DNA from: an uncultured Arcticibacterium sp.
GTDB lineage: Bacteria; Bacteroidota; Bacteroidia; Cytophagales; Spirosomataceae
DNA length: 64,000 nucleotides
Assembly (NCBI RefSeq): GCF_964021845.1
Contig: NZ_CAXHZC010000006.1
Span: 9,084 to 73,083 of the forward strand
Reading direction: 5' to 3'
Shown piece by piece: positions 59,746 to 64,000 of the stretch (position 1 is its first letter; each line of letters begins with the position of its first letter). Both the position numbers and the translations under genes were made by a program. Below the pieces are notes generated by a model. It ran no database searches, was not told the DNA's origin, and worked only from the letters and a program-made list of their open reading frames with translations.

Positions 59746-62700
59746 TTTGGACATAATGATTTAAGTTCTGCCTTAAATACGGAACCAGCGTCGGCTTTAA
59801 AACCTGGTTCCAATTCTATTTTTCTACTTGAGTTTAGTGTTGCATTTCCGCCTGCTTCTATTTTATTTCCAGCCTTAATATTATTTATGGCCTTATAAGT
59901 TTTTACTCCAGCGGCCACGTCATCCATTGGCGAAGACAAGACTAAATCCGCACCAATAATGCTCAAGGTTCCTGCTGAAATCGCAGAAGAAACTATTGGA
60001 GCTGTGGTTACCACCATTATCTTATATTTAGTCCCTCCTTTAATAAAGTTAGGTATAGTACAGGTTATCTGACTTGGGTTTGTAGAACTACCTATTAAGG
60101 TTCGAGACGAGAAAAGTCCATCAGCATTAGAGAGATATACTTGATATAAGTTCCCAACTATAAACGAACCCGTAGAGGAAGTGCTTACATTAAAACTATT
60201 CCCTATACAAATATCGGTGTTAGAAGAAGTTGGCTCCGCAACTGCCCTTGGAGTACCTGTGCTCGGTATTGGAGGAACAATGTCAAATTGAAGGACGTCG
60301 TCGCCAACTAAAAGTTGTCCTTCAGCATTGTCTTCAGAGTACCCTCTACCAATGAAAGTGTATCCATTATTCGGCAAAATATCTCCATTAGAAACATTCC
60401 CTAACTCATGCAGATTAAACGGCATCTCATTGTCAATATAATACTGTAAATTACTTGTCCCTGATAATTGTAATTTGACTGATTCAATTTTGGGTACAGT
60501 ACAAGTAGAGTAGGCTATAACGGTCATTCGCCTTGTTGACTGCTGAACTTCCATGCCATCGATAAGAGGAGAAATTAATTCTGGGTTAGAACCAGCATAA
60601 GCTAAATAATAAGACATACTTGGGGTAGAACAAGCAACATCCACCTGAGTCGTAACTTCTACAGAGCAATTGTTTTCTCCTAAAACAGTTACAGAATATA
60701 TTCCAGCATCAGAAATAGTTACATTCGAAATACTTGGACTTTGCAAAGAACTTGTAAATCCGTTGGGACCAGACCAATCAAAGGAAACGCCATTTGAGGC
60801 AAATAATTCAACAACACCTCCTTCTTCATAAGGTCCTAAATTAGAAGCCGATACCGAATATGTTGGGTCACTTAATGTTTTTGAACTTGCATCACTTCCT
60901 GTACAGGCTAAATGCGTTACTGAAAAACCACTATAACTTCCTGCCGTTAATCCTCTTAAAGAAAAGGTATCATTCGCAACTGATACATTCTTTGGACTCC
61001 CTGCTCCTGTGAAGCTTAAAGAATAAGTGCCTGCAGGTAAATTAGTGCTTGTAAATGGTATACTGCCATCTACACCTAAACAAGTACTTGGGTTTACTGC
61101 TGTGCCGGCTGTAATAGTTGGAGTTGGCGGGTCGCTTAATGTTTTTGAACTTGCATCACTTCCCGTACAGGCTAAATGCGTTACTGAAAAACCACTATAA
61201 GTTCCTGCCGCTAATTCTCTTAAAGAAAAGGTATCATTCGCAACTGATACATTCTTTGGACTCCCCACTCCTGTGAAGCTTAAAGAATAAGTGCCTGCAG
61301 GTAAATTAGTGCTTGTAAATGGTATACTGCCATCTACACCTAAACAAGTACTTGGGTTTACTGCTGTGCCGGCTGTAATAGTTGGAGTTGGCGGGTCGCT
61401 TAATGTTTTTGAACTTGCATCACTTCCTGTACAGGCTAAATGCGTTACTGAAAAACCACTATAACTTCCTGCCGTTAATCCTCTTAAAGAAAAGGTATCA
61501 TTCGCAACTTCCACATTCTTTGGACTGCCTGCTCCTGTGAAGCTTAAAGAATAAGTGCCTGCAGGTAAATTAGTGCTGGTAAATGGTATACTGCCATCTA
61601 CACCTAAACAAGTACTTGGGTTTACTGCTGTGCCGGCTGTAATAGTTGGAGTTGGCGGGTCGCTTAATGTTTTTGAACTTGCATCACTTCCCGTACAGGC
61701 TAAATGCGTTACTGAAAAACTACTATAAGTTCCTGCCGCTAATCCTCTTAAAGAAAAGGTATCATTCGCAACTGATACATTCTTTGGACTCCCCGCTCCT
61801 GTGAAGCTTAAAGAATAAGTGCCTGCAGGTAAATTAGTGCTGGTAAATGGTATACTGCCATCTACACCTAAACAAGTACTTGGGTTTACTGCTGTGCCGG
61901 CTGTAATAGTTGGAGTAAGCGGGTCACTTAATGTTTTTGAACTTGCATCACTTCCTGTACAGGCTAAATGCGTTACTGAAAAACCACTATAGTTCCCTGC
62001 CGTTAATCCTCTTAAAGAAAAGGTATCATTCGCAACTGCTACATTCTTTGGACTCCCCGCTCCTGTGAAGCTTAAAGAATAAGTGCCTGCAGGTAAATTA
62101 GTGCTGGTAAATGGTATACTGCCATCTACACCTAAACAAGTACTTGGGTTTACTGCTGTGCCGGCTGTAATAGTTGGAGTAGGCGGGTCACTTAATGTTT
62201 TTGAACTTGCATCACTTCCCGTACAGGCTAAATGCGTTACTGAAAAACCACTATAAGTCCCTGCCGTTAATCCTCTTAAAGAAAAAGTATCATTCGCAAC
62301 TTCCACATTCTTTGGACTGCCTGCCCCCGTGAAGCTTAATGAATACGTACCAGCTGGTAAATTAGTGCACGTAAATGGTATACTGCCATCTGTTCCTAAA
62401 CAAGTACTTGGGTTTACTGCTGTTCCTGCTAAAATAGTTGGAGTTGGCGGGTCACTTAATGTTTTTGAACTTGCATCACTTCCCGTACAGGCTAAATGCG
62501 TTACTGAAAAACCACTATAAGTCCCTGCCGTTAATCCTCTTAAAGAAAAAGTATCATTCGCAACTTCCACATTCTTTGGACTGCCTGCCCCCGTGAAGCT
62601 TAATGAATACGTACCAGCTGGTAAATTAGTGCACGTAAATGGTATACTGCCATCTGTTCCTAAACAAGTACTTGGGTTTACTGCTGTTCCTGCTAAAATA

Positions 62701-64000
62701 GTTGGAGTTGGCGGGTCACTTAATGTTTTTGAACTTGCATCACTTCCCGTACAGGCTAAATGCGTTACTGAAAAACCACTATAAGTTCCTGCGGCTAAAC
62801 CTCGAAGAGAAAATGTATCATTCGCAACTTCCACATTCTTTGGACTGCCCGCTCCTGTGAAGCTTAAAGAATAAATGCCAGCTGGTAAATTAGTGCTTGT
62901 AAATGGTATACTGCCATCTACCCCTAAACAAGTACTTGGGTTTACTGCTGTTCCTGCTAAAATAGTTGGAGTTGGCGGGTCACTTAATGTTTTTGAACTT
63001 GCATCACTTCCTGTACAGGCTAAATGCGTTACTGAAAAACCACTATAGTTCCCTGCCGTTAATCCTCTTAAAGAAAAGGTATCATTCGCAACTGCTACAT
63101 TCTTTGGACTGCCTGCTCCTGTGAAGCTTAAAGAATAAGTTCCTGCTGGTAAATTGGTGCTCGTAAAAGGTATACTGCCGTCTACACCTAAACAAGTACT
63201 TGGGTTTACTGCTGTGCCCGCAGTAATAGTAGGAATTAGTGGGGCTCTTAAAAGAGCCGAATCAGAAATAGATACACCACAAGTCCCCGTAATAACACAC
63301 CTATAGAATGTACTATCTTCAGAAAAAGGAACTGCATTTAATGTCAATGTATCGTCATCTGCAGAAGCTACATCCACAAATGCTGAAGTTCCAACTCTCT
63401 TTTGCCATTGATATGTCAAATTAGGACCTGTTGCAGCCACATAAAACTTAAAATCGCTTCCTGCACAATTACTTGAGTCCTTTGGGTTTAAGGTAATCAC
63501 GGGATTACCAAAAACCGCTAAATTATATTCACTCGTTGTATCTGTATCACATTTACTTGAAATAATACAGCGGTAAGTGTTACTATTTTCCGCAAGCGAA
63601 ACTGAACTAATTAACAAAGTTGAAGAGTCTTCTTTAGAATATAAGGAAGATGGGCTAATGTTAGAAAATGTTCCATTCTGTGGTTTTACCTGCCAAGTAT
63701 AAGATACATTCTCTAGAACTGGTGCCGCGGTTAATTTAAGATTACTTCCTACACATACTGTTGATTCAGATGGCACAATAGTAAAGAGCTGAGCGGTGTC
63801 AATACAAGTAGTATCATGGCCGGTCAAACCAATATCAGAATATAAGTCATAACCCAAAGACCATACTTTGTAAAAGAAAACTGTTGCTTGATCTAAACCT
63901 GTATGGTTTGGTAAATTAGCCGCCAAACCCTTAAAAAGCACTTCACCACCTCCACTAATAGAAGCACCTGAACTCAAAAAACCAGTTGGAACTCCAAAAA
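59742..64000 (-). CDS. giant cell-surface repeat protein (Ig-like/SprB-like repeats), C-terminal part; 5' end lies beyond the window
   Basis: The reading frame stays open from the stop at 59742 up to position 64000, so the track's TTG start at 63977 is not the real start. Contains Ig-like modules (YQWQ...TFYRC.I.G.CG), nine 88-aa tandem repeats, a W.GPNGF...G.Y.V module, and a C-terminal ...KIELEPGFKADAGSVFKAEL tail that I recall as the '3-coathanger stack' type C-terminus of Bacteroidota surface proteins. Confidence 0.85.
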   Translation of the reverse strand, partial: FGVPTGFLSSGASISGGGEVLFKGLAANLPNHTGLDQATVFFYKVWSLGYDLYSDIGLTGHDTTCIDTAQLFTIVPSESTVCVGSNLKLTAAPVLENVSYTWQVKPQNGTFSNISPSSLYSKEDSSTLLISSVSLAENSNTYRCIISSKCDTDTTSEYNLAVFGNPVITLNPKDSSNCAGSDFKFYVAATGPNLTYQWQKRVGTSAFVDVASADDDTLTLNAVPFSEDSTFYRCVITGTCGVSISDSALLRAPLIPTITAGTAVNPSTCLGVDGSIPFTSTNLPAGTYSLSFTGAGSPKNVAVANDTFSLRGLTAGNYSGFSVTHLACTGSDASSKTLSDPPTPTILAGTAVNPSTCLGVDGSIPFTSTNLPAGIYSLSFTGAGSPKNVEVANDTFSLRGLAAGTYSGFSVTHLACTGSDASSKTLSDPPTPTILAGTAVNPSTCLGTDGSIPFTCTNLPAGTYSLSFTGAGSPKNVEVANDTFSLRGLTAGTYSGFSVTHLACTGSDASSKTLSDPPTPTILAGTAVNPSTCLGTDGSIPFTCTNLPAGTYSLSFTGAGSPKNVEVANDTFSLRGLTAGTYSGFSVTHLACTGSDASSKTLSDPPTPTITAGTAVNPSTCLGVDGSIPFTSTNLPAGTYSLSFTGAGSPKNVAVANDTFSLRGLTAGNYSGFSVTHLACTGSDASSKTLSDPLTPTITAGTAVNPSTCLGVDGSIPFTSTNLPAGTYSLSFTGAGSPKNVSVANDTFSLRGLAAGTYSSFSVTHLACTGSDASSKTLSDPPTPTITAGTAVNPSTCLGVDGSIPFTSTNLPAGTYSLSFTGAGSPKNVEVANDTFSLRGLTAGSYSGFSVTHLACTGSDASSKTLSDPPTPTITAGTAVNPSTCLGVDGSIPFTSTNLPAGTYSLSFTGVGSPKNVSVANDTFSLRELAAGTYSGFSVTHLACTGSDASSKTLSDPPTPTITAGTAVNPSTCLGVDGSIPFTSTNLPAGTYSLSFTGAGSPKNVSVANDTFSLRGLTAGSYSGFSVTHLACTGSDASSKTLSDPTYSVSASNLGPYEEGGVVELFASNGVSFDWSGPNGFTSSLQSPSISNVTISDAGIYSVTVLGENNCSVEVTTQVDVACSTPSMSYYLAYAGSNPELISPLIDGMEVQQSTRRMTVIAYSTCTVPKIESVKLQLSGTSNLQYYIDNEMPFNLHELGNVSNGDILPNNGYTFIGRGYSEDNAEGQLLVGDDVLQFDIVPPIPSTGTPRAVAEPTSSNTDICIGNSFNVSTSSTGSFIVGNLYQVYLSNADGLFSSRTLIGSSTNPSQITCTIPNFIKGGTKYKIMVVTTAPIVSSAISAGTLSIIGADLVLSSPMDDVAAGVKTYKAINNIKAGNKIEAGGNATLNSSRKIELEPGFKADAGSVFKAELKSLCPN
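60864..63239 (-). repeat. 9 x 264-bp near-identical in-frame tandem repeats inside the adhesin gene
   Basis: Unit PTPTITAGTAVNPSTCLGVDGSIPFTSTNLPAGTYSLSFTGAGSPKNV(A/E/S)VANDTFSLRGL(T/A)AG(N/T/S)YSGFSVTHLACTGSDASSKTLSDP. Units 3 and 4 are identical. The identical antisense ORFs 62329..62520 and 62593..62784 sit exactly 264 nt apart. Confidence 0.95.

Noticed and set aside
62329-62784. Two identical 63-aa plus-strand ORFs (62329..62520 and 62593..62784)
   Set aside because: They lie antisense to the adhesin repeat array and are duplicated only because the 264-bp unit is duplicated. They are an artefact of the repeat.
60864-63239. Possible CRISPR array (regular near-identical repeats)
   Set aside because: The repeats are contiguous 264-bp units with no spacers, they are in frame, and they encode a conserved 88-aa domain.
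946-63977. Numerous 60-110-aa ORFs antisense to or overlapping large genes (for example 946..1131, 7554..7781, 13450..13728, 16080..16416, 33621..33950, 37601..37933, 52799..53179)
   Set aside because: Each lies inside a confidently identified gene on the other strand or frame. Their low-complexity or odd composition marks them as typical shadow ORFs.

Overview
This window looks like a mostly core chromosomal segment of an AT-rich Bacteroidota genome. Supporting signs are a SusC/SusD pair, TAnnTTTG -7 promoter boxes, many lipoproteins, two Peptidase-S74 'tail-fibre' proteins and a giant Ig/SprB-like adhesin. I support about 49 protein genes and 2 tRNAs (Gln-UUG, Pro-GGG). I saw no rRNA, CRISPR array, transposase, integrase or prophage body.

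Recognisable content:
- Hemicellulose side-chain enzymes: an esterase-like hydrolase and GH51 at the left edge, GH43 at 48 kb, an AGE-family epimerase at 53 kb.
- Housekeeping genes: tesB, rsmG, tgt, fusA, rpsL, rpsG, trpC-trpF-trpB-(Dabb)-trpA, fabD and a dGTPase-family gene.
- Regulators: a Reg_prop/Y_Y_Y hybrid kinase upstream of SusC/SusD, and an OmpR-type two-component pair.

Most interesting candidates:
1. A tightly packed four-gene operon (38399..46554). It encodes a 787-aa GAF-like protein, an HD phosphohydrolase fused to a Pycsar-effector-like (DUF5706-type) membrane module, an SdiA-regulated-type propeller lipoprotein, and an Omp85-anchored metallophosphoesterase. I recognise no nucleotide cyclase in it.
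2. A lipoprotein with three copies of an NPAHGxPGHxCxVAVGAPLP His/His/Cys motif.
3. Two orphan Peptidase-S74 tail-fibre-like proteins. One has a CUB-like domain plus YadA-head-like repeats. The other is paired with a small secreted protein beside the adhesin.
4. The adhesin gene itself, which contains nine near-identical 264-bp tandem coding repeats.

Smaller oddities:
- A broken str operon, with fusA inverted and monocistronic.
- A frameshifted stand-alone plug-domain gene.
- An exported Dabb protein inside the trp operon.
- A PUL-type sensor with no DNA-binding domain.
- Four convergent gene pairs that share overlapping stop codons.

All product calls come from reading motifs in the translations. 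No database search was run.
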